Below are positions 1 to 15,392 of a stretch of 64,000 nucleotides of DNA, in pieces. The notes beneath the pieces were generated by a model. It was given only the letters and a program-made list of their open reading frames with translations. It ran no database searches and was not told the origin of the DNA. Source of the DNA: Eledone cirrhosa (Eukaryota); NCBI GenBank assembly GCA_964016885.1, contig OZ024743.1:88040001-88104000 (forward strand), given 5' to 3'. How positions within the stretch are numbered: the first letter of the stretch is position 1; the number at the start of each line of letters is the position of its first letter. A program made the translations under genes and the position numbers.

Positions 1-64
1 ATATAGGAAGACACATGTGCACATATGTGTCTCTCTGTCTCCCCCCTCCCCTCTCTCTCTTTCA

Positions 65-126
<62 letters not shown>

Positions 127-1260
127 GGACACACACATGTGCACATCCACACACACACATATGTACACATACACGCATACGTGTATTGACTTACACTCCC
201 AGACATGTTGCCAACTACTTAACTCCTGGCACCACCGCCACCACCACCAACACCACTACCACCACCACCACCAACACCACTACCACCACCACTACCCAAC
301 ATCCCTCACACACAGCTACTTCCACCACCACCACCTCCACCACTACCCATCATCTCTCACACACCCAGATTCTCGTTACATCTTCTACATCACCAAATGC
401 CTCTCACCTTTGCGTTATTTCCTCGTCGTGCCAGAGAGAGAGAGAGAGAGATAGAGAGAGAGAAGTGGGTGGCAGAAAGAAAGAGAAAGAGAGAGAGGGC
501 GAGAATATCTATCTTGTCTGTAAATCATTAGTAAACTCGGAGTGTATGAAGAGACACGGATAGACTGCAGTGCTTTACAGTATTATACAGTATATTACGG
601 TACATTACAGTACAGTGCACGGAGGAACTCTAAAGTAAACTACTGTCCACCACAGTGCACTCAAGCTAAGTCAGGGACGCTAAAATACAGTACAGGACAC
701 TAAGGGGCACTACAGTACAGTAGAGTGCACTAAAGGACGCTAAAGTACACTAGAACACTGTCTGTGTGTCCCTCCATCATGTGTGATGACTCTCCGTTAC
801 CTAGAAACATGGTGCTACCTTTTGGAACGACATTCGGCAAACAAAAGTAAGAGAAACTTTTGTCATTCCTTTCTGACTCTTTTCAGTGTGAGATAACAAT
901 AACAACAACAGTAACAATAACAACAACAATAACAATAACAACAACAGTAACAATAACAACAACAACAATAACAATAATAAAACAATATATCAATAACAAC
1001 AGCAACAATTACAACAACAACAACAATAACAACACAACAATAACAATAATAAAACAATATATCAATAACAACAGCAACAATTACAACAACAACAACAATA
1101 ACAACAGCAACAATAACAACAACAACAACAATAACAACAGCAACAATTACAACAATAACAACAGCAACAATAACAACAGCAACAATAACAACAACAACAA
1201 TAACAGCAACAACAATAACAGCAACAATAACAACAACAACAATAACAACAGTAACAACAA

Positions 1261-2247
1261 TGGTTTCTTATATAGGCACAAGGCCAGCAATTTTGGGGAG
1301 GGGAAAGTCGATTAAATCGACCCCAGTGCGTGACTGGTACTTCATTTTATCGACCCCGTAAGGATGAAAGGCAAAGTTAACCTCGGCGGGATTTGAACTT
1401 AGATTATAAAGAGCGGTAACTCTGTGCTGCAAAGCATGGCGTCCGACCCTCTACTGATACTGCCAATCCACTGCCCTCAATAACAACAACAATAACAGTA
1501 GCAATAACAACAACAATAATAAAAACGACAATAACAAATACAAATATGACAACAATAACAATAGTAATAATAAACTTTACAATAATAACAACAACAATTT
1601 GGGGGGAGGTCAATTAAATTCACCTCAATATGTTACTGGTACTTTGTTTTATTGACACCAGAAGGAAATAAGAAGTCAAAATTGACCTCGGCGGGATTCC
1701 TAAACAGCCGTAAATAAATATCGCATTTTATCTGGCACAGGCACAAGGCTAATAATTGAGGGACGGGGGTGAAAGTCGATTAAATCAACCCAGTACGTTA
1801 CTAGTACTTTATTTTATCGACCCCGTAACATAATAATGATAATGATTGTTTCTGATTTAGGCACAAGGCCTACAATTTTGGCAGAAGGGAAAGTCGATTA
1901 AATCGATCCCATTGCGTTACTGGCACTTTATTTTATTGACCTCCTAACATAATAATAATAATAATAATTGTTTCTATTTTTGGGACAAGGCCAGCAATTA
2001 CCCAGTATAATTACTGGTACTATATTTTATCGACCCCGTAAGGATGAAAGGCAGAATTAACCTTGGCGGGATTTGAACTCAGAATGGAAAGGGCCGTAAC
2101 TCTATGCGTCAAAGCATGGCGTCCGACCCTCTACCGATACTGCCAATCCACCGCCCCATAATAATAATAATAATAATGATTGTTTCTACTTTTTGGCACA
2201 AGGCCAGCAATTACCCAGTATAATTACTGGTACAATATTTTATCGAT
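1261..2247 (-). mobile_element. Head-to-tail cluster of tRNA-derived SINEs (MetaSINE-like core): full copies 1261-1475 and 1967-2155, plus 3' fragments
   Basis: In element sense: A-box-like tggcagtatcggt, B box gttcaaatcc, core gcctttcatccttacggggtcgataaaataaagtaccag, tail ggccttgtgcc..agaaacaatt(att)n. Confidence 0.85.
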
Positions 2248-2328
2248 ACAGTATATATGTATACAGTATATGTATGTATACATATTTACATACATGACTC
2301 ACACTGACATTTGCACACACACATATGT

Positions 2329-2373
<45 letters not shown>

Positions 2374-2390
2374 TATATATATATATATAT

Positions 2391-2448
<58 letters not shown>

Positions 2449-2584
2449 GTAGAGGTTATATTTAATTTGTTGGGATACAACAAGCTTAAAAATATTTTTA
2501 TAACTGATATAAAGCACTCAATAGACTATTGGAGTAAATATACAATATATTAACAAATGGAAACTTTATTTATAAAACCATATT

Positions 2585-2650
2585 TATTTTATTATACATA
2601 TTTCAAGGGCCACCAAGGCAAATTATGGTGCGCTTTCATCAGATAAAATA
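2585..2650 (-). ncRNA. Type I minimal hammerhead (family A)
   Basis: Reverse complement of the motif at 2853-2918. Confidence 0.8.
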
Positions 2651-2689
2651 CAATACAGATTAGTTTTATAAATAAATATTGACATACCC

Positions 2690-2752
2690 AAGGGCGGTGC
2701 CCCAGCATGGCCTCAGCCGGATGGCTGAAACAGGTAAAAGAGTAAAAGAGTA
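2690..2752 (+). mobile_element. 63-bp retroposon 3' tail insertion with TSD
   Basis: ataccc duplicated at 2684-2689 and 2753-2758; ends in (aaaagagt)n; similar tails at 8095-8155 and 31905-31962. Confidence 0.75.
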
Positions 2753-2852
2753 ATACCCTGAAAAAAAGACAACCTTAACGGTTGGAGCTTCCTGGATAGG
2801 TTGTCTTTTTTCAGGGTATGTCAATATTTATTTATAAAACTAATCTGTATTG

Positions 2853-2918
2853 TATTTTATCTGATGAAAGCGCACCATAATTTGCCTTGGTGGCCCTTGA
2901 AATATGTATAATAAAATA
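2853..2918 (+). ncRNA. Type I minimal hammerhead (family A)
   Basis: tattttat-CTGATGA-aagcgcacca..tggtggccctt-GAAA-tatgta-TA-ataaaata; perfect 8-bp stem I. Confidence 0.85.
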
Positions 2919-2956
2919 AATATGGTTTTATAAATAAAGTTTCCATTTGTTAATAT

Positions 2957-3017
<61 letters not shown>

Positions 3018-3025
3018 ATATATAT

Positions 3026-3203
3026 AATTGTTTCTACTTTAGGCACAAGGTCAGTAATTATCCCAGTGTATTACTGCTACTTTATTTTATCGACCCCGTA
3101 AGGATGAAAGCCAAAGTCAACCTCGGCGGGATTTGAACTCAGATCATAAAGGGACGTAACTATGCTGGAAAGCATGGCGTCCGACCCTCTACCGATACTG
3201 CCA
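3026..3203 (-). mobile_element. SINE (same family)
   Basis: Same B box, core and tail. Confidence 0.85.
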
Positions 3204-3895
3204 TATATATATATATATATATATATTATGTATGTATGAAATGAATAGATATATAGACAGATTGATAGATACGCACACATACACACGCACATAGAGACAC
3301 ACATTCGCTCACTCAAACTATATAATTAAAAGGCCGTGATAGATCTATTGATGTACTAGTTATAGTTTGTCACAGAGAGAGATTGTAAAGAGATATTTCT
3401 ATCATAAATAGTAAATTATCAACGTTTATCTTTCACAAATCAAACGTTCCAATTTCCACCAATTCGTATGAGAAGTCATCCGTGTAAAGACCTGACAATA
3501 TCTTCCAACCTATCACCTCTTATTTCATATTCTCTAACGTCGTTCAAATGCTCTGTCTTTGACATAGTTTTAGTCTTAGGTCTTCCCGCGTCTTGATACG
3601 CATACGACAGCAAACTTCCGCCATCATGGACGATCTGCCGCAGCCTTCTCCGTACCTTGTCCAACTGGTTCTTTTGTGTTTGAGATTCTTCTGGAATGTC
3701 CAGTGCCAAATGTTTTTGCTATGGACCTTCCCCGCTTTTCTTTCTCCGGTGTCAACATTCTCTATATGTATGTATGGGCACGTAAATCGCGCACGCACAC
3801 ACGTATACACACACACACAAACAAACAAACACACGCACACTTCAGAAGATCCCAGAATAATGTGAAGGCGCGATAATAATAAATATTTGCTATAC

Positions 3896-3943
<48 letters not shown>

Positions 3944-4026
3944 CCTTATCGAGCCCTCTTCGGATTTTGGTCTTCATATTTATTATTACTACATATATAT
4001 ATATGTATATATATATGTGTGTGTGT

Positions 4027-4052
<26 letters not shown>

Positions 4053-4060
<8 letters not shown>

Positions 4061-4199
4061 TAATATATGATAAACACTTACGTGTTTTTGTTGCAACAAA
4101 AACACGTAAGTGTTTATCATATATTAATTTATACTACTCAGAAGTGATTCTTAGAGCTTAAATAATTGTAAATGACCCCATTGAGTGTAAACTCTAAGT

Positions 4200-4202
<3 letters not shown>
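4053..4202. repeat. Spacerless ~80-bp palindrome plus extension in (TA)n
   Basis: ..gataaacacttacgtgtttttgttg|caacaaaaacacgtaagtgtttatc.., centre 4093/4094. Confidence 0.85.
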
Positions 4203-4253
<51 letters not shown>

Positions 4254-4545
4254 GGTAGAAAACCAAGAAATAGTAATATAATACATTTTATTTGTCTTAC
4301 GTGTTTCTTAAATTTATTTATCTCACACCTATACAACATGTCGGATTTGTTTCATCAAAATTTAGTTCTTTTCCTGTATGGATCATACCTGTGAGGAGTC
4401 ACTTCCTTTTGTGTTTTGTTTCATGTTTCGTATTTTTGTGTGTTTTTCTTTTGTTTGTCTTCTGTAGTTATTTTTTTTTTCTCTCTAAGGAACCATATTG
4501 AGCTTCAAATTATCTTGGCATAACTTTCTTCACCTGCACGTTTAG

Positions 4546-4577
<32 letters not shown>

Positions 4578-5428
4578 AGTATATATATGTATGTATATAT
4601 ATATATACATGTGTGTGTGTATATATATGTATATGTATACACATGAATAAAATTATCGAGAAACGGAACTTCGGCCCACGAAATAACGAAAAACAATCTT
4701 CGAAAATGTGCGGCAAAGTGCTCAATGGTTCGGTTGAACCAGAGCTATAACTAACGTTTAATACCAACACACTGAGACGATGCTTAAACAATCATGAATA
4801 TATATATGTATGTATATATATATATATACACATACATACATCTATACACACACATGTGTATATATATATAAATGTGTATATATTATTGATGTGTAGACAC
4901 ACAGGCAACGTATGTCCCATCACTCCAATACATATTTCCTAAAATAAACACCATGGAACTCATTATCACTTAATTATTTTCATATGTATAATAACCTCTA
5001 CAGACCTTAGATGGACAGGAACTTTCATCAACACCTCCACCTCCACCATTAACACCACCTCCACCACCACTAACACCACCTCCACCACCACTAACACCAT
5101 CACCACCACCACCATTAACACCACCTCCACCACCATTAACACCACCTCCACCACCACTAACACCATCAACTCCACCACCATTCACACCACCTCCACCACC
5201 ATTAACACCACCTCCACCACCACTAACACCACCTCCACCAACACCACTACCTCCACCACCACTAACACCACCACCACCATTAACACCGCCTCCACCACCA
5301 TTAACACCACCTCCACCACCACTAACACCACCACCACCATTAACACCACCACCTCCACCACCACCACTACCTCCACCACCATTAACACAACCTCCACCAT
5401 CAACACCACCATCACCGACACCACCACT

Positions 5429-5613
5429 CGGTGGATTGGCAGTATCGGTAGAGGGTCGGACGCCATGCTTTGCAGCACAGTTACGTCTCTTTACGGACTG
5501 AGTTCAAATCCCGCCGACGTTAACTTTGCCTTTTATTCTTACGGGCTCGATAAAATAAAGTACCAGTAATGCACTGGGTAATTGCTGGCCTTGTGCCTAA
5601 ACCAGAAACAATT
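5429..5613 (+). mobile_element. SINE (same family)
   Basis: cggtggattggcagtatcgg..gttcaaatccc..agaaacaatt. Confidence 0.85.
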
Positions 5614-5761
5614 ATTAACACCACCAACACCGACACCGCCAAAATCACCACCACCACCAGCATCAAAGCTACCAGCATCAACGTCATCACCATTATCACC
5701 TCCACCTCCACCACCATTCAAAACTTTATTATATTTCTGCGATGAGAAATATTATTAGACT

Positions 5762-5950
5762 GGCGGTGGATTGGGAGTATCGGTAGAGGGTCGGACGCCA
5801 TGCTTTCCAGCATAGTTACGTCCCTTTATGATCTGAGTTCAAATCCCGCCGAGGTTGACTTTGCCTTTCATCCTTACGGGGTCGATAAAATAAAGTACCA
5901 GTAATGCACTGGGTGATTGCTGGCCTTGTGCCTAAAAGTAGAAACAATTA
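5762..5950 (+). mobile_element. SINE (same family), full length, with probable TSD
   Basis: Flanked by attattagactgg on both sides (5751-5763 and 5947-5959). Confidence 0.88.
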
Positions 5951-6639
5951 TTAGACTGGAGTCCAATATTTTCAGGGGAGGGGGGGTCAGATTAGAGTAA
6001 CCCTGTCTGTAGGTCAGTTGATGGACACTATAAAAGTAGACGAGTCCAATACTTTTAGGCGGGGGTGTGAGATCTAGTTAGAGAAATCTTACCTGTAGGA
6101 CTCCTGATGTTGACTAAAGGACGAGTCTCTCTCTAAGTACCCCCTCCCCCCACAAAAAAACCACACCATTTCTCTCTCTCTCTCTCTGACCCACCTCCCA
6201 CAAACACACCACATGATTTCTCTCTCTCTATCCCACACCCACAAGATCCCTCTATCCTCCTCCACCCTCACACACACACACCACGTATTTCTACCCCCAC
6301 ACATCACATCACCTCTCTCTATCCCCCACTCACTCACCACGTGTCTCTACTCGCCACCCGACCCCTCTCACACACACCACATCTCTCGCTCTCTCTATCC
6401 CCCACCTTCACACTCACCACGTCTCTCTACATCCCACCACCACCACCACACAAACCATCATATCATCTCTCTCTCTATTCCCCCTCACACACTACGTCCC
6501 TATACCCCCCCCCCCCCCTCCTCACACACCATGTCTCCCCTAGCCCCTTTTCTATCCGCTCCCCCACCCAGACCATTCAATGCTGCTTCTAAAGTCAATA
6601 CCAACCACTACCACCATCACCACAAAAACAACCACCACC

Positions 6640-6840
6640 ATCACCACTACTAATACCACCTCCCCCATTACCACCACCGCCACTACTACTATCATAGCTA
6701 CCATCACTACCACTACTAATACCACCTCCCCCATTACCACCACCACCACCACTACTATCATAGCTACCATCACTACCACTACTAATACCACCTCCCCCAT
6801 TACCACCACCGCCACCACTAATATCATAACTACCATCACT
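6640..6840. repeat. 66-bp tandem repeat, 3 copies, in (ACC)-rich low-complexity DNA
   Basis: accacctcccccatt at 6655, 6721 and 6787. Confidence 0.85.
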
Positions 6841-7761
6841 ATCACCTCTACTGTCACTGCCATCACCACCATTCACCATCACCACTACCACAACTACCAC
6901 CTTCCCCACTACCACCACCACCGCCACTATTACTACTACCCCAACCACCACTACCCCAACCACCACTACCCCTACCACCACAGCCATCACCATCACTACC
7001 ACCACCACCACTACCCCTACCACTCCTACCACTACCACCACCACCACCACTACCACCACCACCATCACAACCGCCACTAGCACAACTACCACTAGCACAA
7101 CCACCACTAGCACAACCAACCCAACCACCACTACCACCACCATCATAACCACCACCCTTACCACTAGCACCAGCACCACTACCATCACAACCACCTCTAC
7201 CCCTACCCTACCCCCACCACCACCATCACAACCACCACCACAACCATCACAACCACCATCATCACAACCACCACCACCACCACTACCACCACCCCAACTT
7301 AACAAAGCCTTTGCTGAAGGTAAAACAGGGGGAGAAGCTATGAATGTAGAAGGATTGCTAAATCCCTGCAGTTCAACCCCTTTAATCTCAATCATAATTA
7401 CATTATTATCGATTAACCGTATCGAATCATACATTCGGAGATTCAACATGTTAAACCCACTTCATTCCGATTCTCAATTTTTATTTTATTTTAATTTAAT
7501 TTTCCTTGAAATAAAATTAAATTATCATTTCTTTCTGACAGAAATTATATTTCCTGGTTTGACGAGACATAAATTCTTTGGGGTTAAGAAGTGTGTTTCG
7601 CAACTGCGTGGTTTGGGGTTCAATCCCAGTGAGTGGCACCTTAGACAAGTGACTTTTACTAATAGACTCAGGTTGACCAATAAGTTGTCAGTGGAATTTT
7701 TAGTAAACTGAGGCTGCGAGGAAGCCCGTTGTGTATATATTTGTATTTATATGTGTATACG

Positions 7762-7795
<34 letters not shown>

Positions 7796-7841
7796 AGAGT
7801 GTGTGTGTGTGTGAGAGTGTGTGTGTGAGAGAGAGAGAGTC

Positions 7842-7920
7842 AGGGTTTCAATCGGGGTTAACCTGATGATTTCTTTTGAATGAAATAGTTCTAGTCCTGT
7901 AGAAGCCATTAAGCATGATC
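7842..7920. mobile_element. Family B fragment with inverted end and HHR core
   Basis: gggtttcaatcggggttaacc (family end) joined to CTGATGAtttcttttgaatGAAAtagttctagtcctgTAgaag. Confidence 0.65.
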
Positions 7921-8354
7921 TCTCTATACACACACACACACACACACGCACACGCACACACACACACACACACAATATTTGTGTGTATACATTATATATA
8001 TATATTACGTGTGTCTGTGTCTGATTTTTATGGTCCGTAATTTAGCAGTTCAACAAAAAGAAATCGATAAGATAAGACTAAATTAAATCTCTTCATGGCG
8101 GTACCCAAGCGTGGCGGCCATTAAATGACTGGACCAGTAAAAGAGTAAAAGAATAAAATATTAAAGAGAGACAGAAGAACTGATACATTGTGGCGTACAT
8201 GCGTTATTTCCCAGGTGTATTAGCGATAGAACATAAGTCTCAGTTACCGACAATAAAAACCGTTTCTCTGAGACTCAATACATTAGACACCACCTTTTCT
8301 AGATATATTTGGTATCTTAAGTAATTAACGTTTCTCAACTATGTTTTCATATTT

Positions 8355-8597
8355 TACGAGGATCAGCTGAAAATGTCAGAGTCTGACCAAGATACTCTCA
8401 TGGAATGACCAAATTAGCTCTATTTTTCATCACAGTCCTTGGAAAGAAACAATTCAATTATTAATAAGAAGAGTTGAAATTAATGCATGAGAGATTTCAT
8501 AGCTCTAGCATCAATCGAAATTAATACATGCAAGATTTCACGACTCTAGCATCAATCCTTCTTAGTCATCCTATAAACTTTTCAGTCGACCTTCGTA
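8355..8597. mobile_element. Mariner-type MITE
   Basis: TA-cgaggatcagctgaaaa..ttttcagtcgaccttcg-TA imperfect TIRs; internal ~40-bp duplication. Confidence 0.7.
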
Positions 8598-8699
8598 CCT
8601 ACTTCATTTTACATGCTAACACTTCAATCTGTATGGCTGTGTGTGTTGGTGTATTTGTCTATATATGTGTGTCTGTTGATCTATATATGGATGTGATGT

Positions 8700-8745
<46 letters not shown>

Positions 8746-9466
8746 TGGATGTGTGCTTGTGGGTGTGTATATGGATGTGGTGTGTGTGTGTGTGTGTATG
8801 TGTGCTTGTGGATCTGTATGTGGATGTGATGTGTGTGTGTGTGTGTGCTTGTGGATGTCTATATGGATGTGATGTGTGTGTGTGTGTGGATGTGTATATG
8901 GATGTGATGTGTGTTTGTGGGTGTGTATATGGATGTGATGTGTGTGTGTGGATGTGTATATGGATGTGATGTGTGTGTGTGCACATATATATATATATAT
9001 ACGGGTTTGTTTAAGTTTATTGCTATTCTTGTAGACCTGTGGGACGTAAATAGCGTAGATGGGATTTACAAATCGCTTTAACACCCTACCGACATTCCAG
9101 TGATGACCACCCTATCTCACACACATATATACATAATCACCACCAATAACATCCACCACTACCCTCCTCACCACATACAAATACGCCATCGCCAACAACA
9201 GCACAAGCAATACTACATGTGCCACCATCATCACCAACACCATCAATTACACCACTATCAACACCATCAACGCCACAACCACAACCATCATCACCATAAG
9301 CACCACCATCACTAACAACAATAACAACAACAACAACAACAATAGAAATGAAGACAGCATGTTTCTCTATAAATGGTTCTGGTGTGCGGCCAGATCTTTA
9401 CATCACTTTAATGGCTACAGAGTAATAAAGAAGAAAACCTACAAACACATGGCTATATATATATAT

Positions 9467-9516
<50 letters not shown>

Positions 9517-9559
9517 TATACATATCTATATACACACATAAATTGACAAATATATATAT

Positions 9560-9633
9560 AAGGGTGTCCCCACCAAAATGTATACACACTTTCAACAGCA
9601 TTCTAATCAAAGTATGTATACATTTTTGGAGAC

Positions 9634-9640
<7 letters not shown>
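9560..9640. mobile_element. ~80-bp Tc1/mariner-type MITE
   Basis: TIRs agggtgtcccca..aaaatgtataca / tgtatacattttt..ggagacaccct within TA repeats. Confidence 0.7.
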
Positions 9641-9661
<21 letters not shown>

Positions 9662-9669
<8 letters not shown>

Positions 9670-9950
9670 ATTAAATAAATGGAAAACTATATTTATAAAA
9701 CCATATTTATTTCATTATATATATTTCGGGGATATCATATTAACAATATGCTATGCCTTCATCAGACAAAATACAATATAAACAGTTTTATAGATAAATA
9801 TATTCGACATACCGTAATAAACATCAACTTCATTTGAAGAGGTTTACGCTAGCAGAGGTTTACGCTAGCATAAAAATATTTGTCGAGTGCTTTTATATCA
9901 GTTATAAATATTTACTAGTTGTAACCCAACAATTTTAAATATAACTTTAC
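9662..9950. mobile_element. Family A element, inversion without duplication; HHR at 9708-9773 (-)
   Basis: HHR-bearing part is on the minus strand and the family 3' end (gtcgagtgct..aacttt) is on the plus strand; 15-bp tandem agaggtttacgctagc at the join; (TA)n flanks. Confidence 0.75.
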
Positions 9951-10050
9951 ATATATATATATATATATATTAATATATAAACACACGCAAATATATATAT
10001 ATATATATACATACAATATATATATATGCACACAAATTAATAAATATATT

Positions 10051-10135
<85 letters not shown>

Positions 10136-10138
<3 letters not shown>

Positions 10139-10403
10139 GATATTAATAAATGGAAACTATATTTATAAAACCATATTTATTTCAAAAACTGTTATATATT
10201 GTATTTTGTCTGATGAAGGCATACCATAATTTAATTAATTTAATGTGGTATCCCTGAAATATGTATAATGAAATAAATATGGTTTTATAAATATAGTTTC
10301 CATTTATTAATATCGTATATCTACTCCAAAACCTTGTCGAGTGCTTTATATCAGTTATAAAAATATTTACTTGTTGTATCCTAACAACTTTAAATAAAAC
10401 TTT

Positions 10404-10408
<5 letters not shown>
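10136..10408 (+). mobile_element. Family A element with short inverted arm; HHR at 10202-10275 (+)
   Basis: tattttgt-CTGATGA-aggcatacca..tggtatccct-GAAA-tatgta-TA-atgaaata; inverted arm ~10136-10183. Confidence 0.85.
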
Positions 10409-10461
<53 letters not shown>

Positions 10462-11087
10462 TATATATATACATATATAGGCCAGTCTAACTAAATATGT
10501 AAGTTATGTATAAGTAATGAGATGTTTGATTCACCTGTTATATTCGTTGCTTAGCGCCGCCACACCACACACAAGTCCCCGGTTATTCTGTCTGCTAACT
10601 TTCTTTTTATTTCGGTTAATTCCACCTATACAAACTATACTGCATATACAAACACAAACACACACACGTATACACGTATATACACACATGCATATACACA
10701 CACATTCATGCATACATACATGTACAAAGTTTCACTCATAACCACCGATGTATAATGATGTCTCATAAACCCACTTATATATATATAGACGTGCACACAC
10801 ACACATATACATACACAAACACAAACACACATGCATACACACACACACACATGCATACACATACACATGCTTACACACATACATGCACAAACTTTCACTC
10901 ATAAACACTGATGTAGAATGATGTCCCATAGACACACTCATATACAATACATACAGACATGTACACACATACACAAACGTATACGCATATATACTGTACA
11001 TACTCACAAAAACCTTCACTCGCATACATATACACGTAGACATATACAGAAATACATACAGGCACACATAGAAGTATAAATACATGT

Positions 11088-14000
11088 GCACATACAGCTA
11101 CACATATACAGACACATATACAGCTACACATATACAGACACATATACAGCTACACATATACAGACACACATACAGCTACACATATACAGACACACATACA
11201 GCTACACATATATAGACACACATACAGCTACACATATACAGACACACATACAGCTACACATATACAGACACACATACAGCTACACATATACAGACACACA
11301 TACAGCTACACATATACAGACACATATACAGACACATATACAGCTACACATATACAGACACACATACAACTACACATATACAGACACACATACAGCTACA
11401 CATATATAGACACACATACAGCTACACATATACAGACACACATACAGCTACACATATACAGACACACATACAGCTACACATATACAGACACACATACAGC
11501 TACACATATACAGACACATATACAGACACACATACAGCTACACATATACAGACACACATACAGTTACACATATACAGACACACATACAGCTACACATATA
11601 CAGACACACATACAGCTACACATATACAGACACACATACAGCTACACATATACAGACACATATACAGCTACACATATATAGACACACATACAGCTACACA
11701 TATACAGACACATATACAGCTACACATATACAGACACACATACAGCTACACATATACAGACACATATACAGCTACACATACAGCTACACATATACAGACA
11801 CACATACAGCTACACATATACAGACACACATACAGCTACACATATACAGACACATATACAGCTACACATATACAGACACACATACAGCTACACATATACA
11901 GACACACATACAGCTACACATATACAGACACATATACAGCTACACATATACAGACACACATACAGCTACACATATATAGACACATATACAGCTACACATA
12001 TACAGACACATATACAGACACATATATAGACACACATACAGCTACACATATACAGACACACATACAGCTACACATATACAGACACACATACAGCTACACA
12101 TATACAGACACACATACAGCTACACATATACAGACACACATACAGCTACACATATACAGACACACATACAACTACACATATACAGACACACATACAGCTA
12201 CACATATACAGACACATATACAGACACATATATAGACACACATACAGCTACACATATACAGACACACATACAGCTACACATATATAGACACACATACAGC
12301 TACACATATACAGACACATATACAGCTACACATATACAGACACACATACAGCTACACATATACAGACACACATACAGCTACACATATACAGACACACATA
12401 CAGCTACACATATACAGACACACATACAGCTACACATATACAGACACACATACAGCTACACATATACAGACACACATACAGCTACACATATATAGACACA
12501 CATACAACTACACATATACAGACACACATACAGCTACACATATACAGACACACATACAACTACACATATACAGACACACATACAGCTACACATATACAGA
12601 CACATATACAGACACACATACAACTACACATATACAGACACACATACAGCTACACATATACAGACACATATACAGACACATATATAGACACACATACAGC
12701 TACACATATACAGACACACATACAGCTACACATATACAGACACACATACAACTACACATATACAGACACACATACAGCTACACATATACAGACACACATA
12801 CAGCTACACATATACAGACACACATACAGCTACACATATACAGACACACATACAGCTACACATATACAGACACACATACAGCTACACATATACAGACACA
12901 CATACAGCTACACATATATAGACACATATACAGCTACACATATACAGACACACATACAGCTACACATATATAGACACACATATACAGACACATATACAGA
13001 CACATATACAGACACACATACAGCTACACATATACAGACACACATACAGCTACACATATATAGACACACATACAGCTACACATATACAGACACACATACA
13101 ACTACACATATACAGACACACATACAGCTACACATATACAGACACATATACAGACACATATACAGCTACACATATACAGACACACATACAGATACACATA
13201 TACAGACACACATACAGCTACACATATACAGACACACATACAGCTACACATATACAGACACACATACAACTACACATATACAGACACACATACAGCTACA
13301 CATATACAGACACATATACAGACACACATACAGCTACACATATACAGACACACATACAGATACACATATACAGACACACATACAGCTACACATATACAGA
13401 CACACATACAGCTACACATATACAGACACACATACAGCTACACATATACAGACACATATACAGCTACACATATATAGACACACATACAGCTACACATATA
13501 CAGACACACATACAGCTACACATATACAGACACATATACAGACACATATACAGACACACATACAGCTACACATATATAGACACACATACAGCTACACATA
13601 TATAGACACACATATACAGACACATATACAGACACATATACAGACACACATACAGCTACACATATACAGACACACATACAGCTACACATATACAGACACA
13701 TATACAGACACATATACAGACACACATACAGCTACACATATATAGACACACATACAGCTACACATATATAGACACACATATACAGACACATATACAGACA
13801 CATATACAGACACACATACAGCTACACATATACAGACACACATATACAGCTACACATATACAGACACACATAGAGCTACACATATACAGACACACATACA
13901 GCTACACATATACAGACACACATATACAGCTTACACATATACAGACACATATACAGCTACACATATACAGACACACATACAGCTACACATATACAGACAC

Positions 14001-14974
14001 ACATATACAGACACACATACAGCTACACATATACAGACACACATACAGCTACACATATACAGACACACATACAGCTACACATATACAGACACACATATAC
14101 AGACACACATACAGCTACACATATATAGACACACATACAGCTACACATATACAGACACACATACAGCTACACATATACAGACACACATACAGCTACACAT
14201 ATACAGACACACATACAGCTACACATATACAGACACACATACAGCTACACATATACAGACACACATACAGCTACACATATACAGACACACATACAGCTAC
14301 ACATATACAGCTACACATACAGCTACACATATACAGACACACATACAGCTACACATATACAGACACACATACAGCTACACATATACAGACACACATACAG
14401 CTACACATATACAGACACACATACAACTACACATATACAGACACACATACAGCTACACATATACAGACACATACAGCTACACATATACAGACACATATAC
14501 AGACACATATACAGCTACACATACAGCTACACATATACAGACACACATACAGCTACACATATACAGACACACATACAGCTACACATATACAGACACACAT
14601 ACAGCTACACATATACAGACACACATACAACTACACATATACAGACACACATACAGCTACACATATACAGACACATACAGCTACACATATACAGACACAT
14701 ATACAGACACATATACAGCTACACATACAGCTACACATATACAGACACACATACAGCTACACATATACAGACACACATACAGCTACACATATACAGACAC
14801 ACATACAGCTACACATATACAGACACACATACAACTACACATATACAGACACACATACAGCTACACATATACAGACACACATACAGCTACACATATACAG
14901 ACACACATACAGCTACACATATACAGACACACATACAGCTACACATATACAGACACACATACAGCTACACATAC
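11088..14974. repeat. 3.9-kb tandem array with a 26-bp unit
   Basis: Unit cagctacacatata+cagacacacata (14+12 bp), roughly 150 copies with subunit slippage. Confidence 0.95.
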
Positions 14975-15160
14975 ATTTAAACACGTCCATCAACACACGT
15001 GTACATATGATACATAAACAGAAATTTGATATATAAATGTATGCATATGAAAACAGAAAAAAAAGCTATAAACTTGGTGATATATATATACATATATATA
15101 TATATGTGTCTCTGTATGTATATATGGATATATATATATGTGTACATTTGTGTGTCTGTG

Positions 15161-15202
<42 letters not shown>

Positions 15203-15333
15203 TTTACATACATACATGTTTAATTAAGAAGTAAGAAATGACTCAGACGGGAATCAAATGGCACCATCACAGAAAACATGGCAATCTCATTGTAGGGCAA
15301 CTTTCATGTCTTACCTGAGAGGCTATATATATA

Positions 15334-15392
<59 letters not shown>

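Larger units (their letters stand above)
2452..2963. mobile_element. Family A fold-back HHR element in (TA)n
   Basis: Inverted arms ~2539-2689 and ~2815-2964; (TA)n on both sides; one HHR per arm. Confidence 0.85.

Noticed and set aside
779-846. Short exon ending at AA|GTAAGA
   Set aside because: Too short, peptide not recognisable, and no partner exon found.
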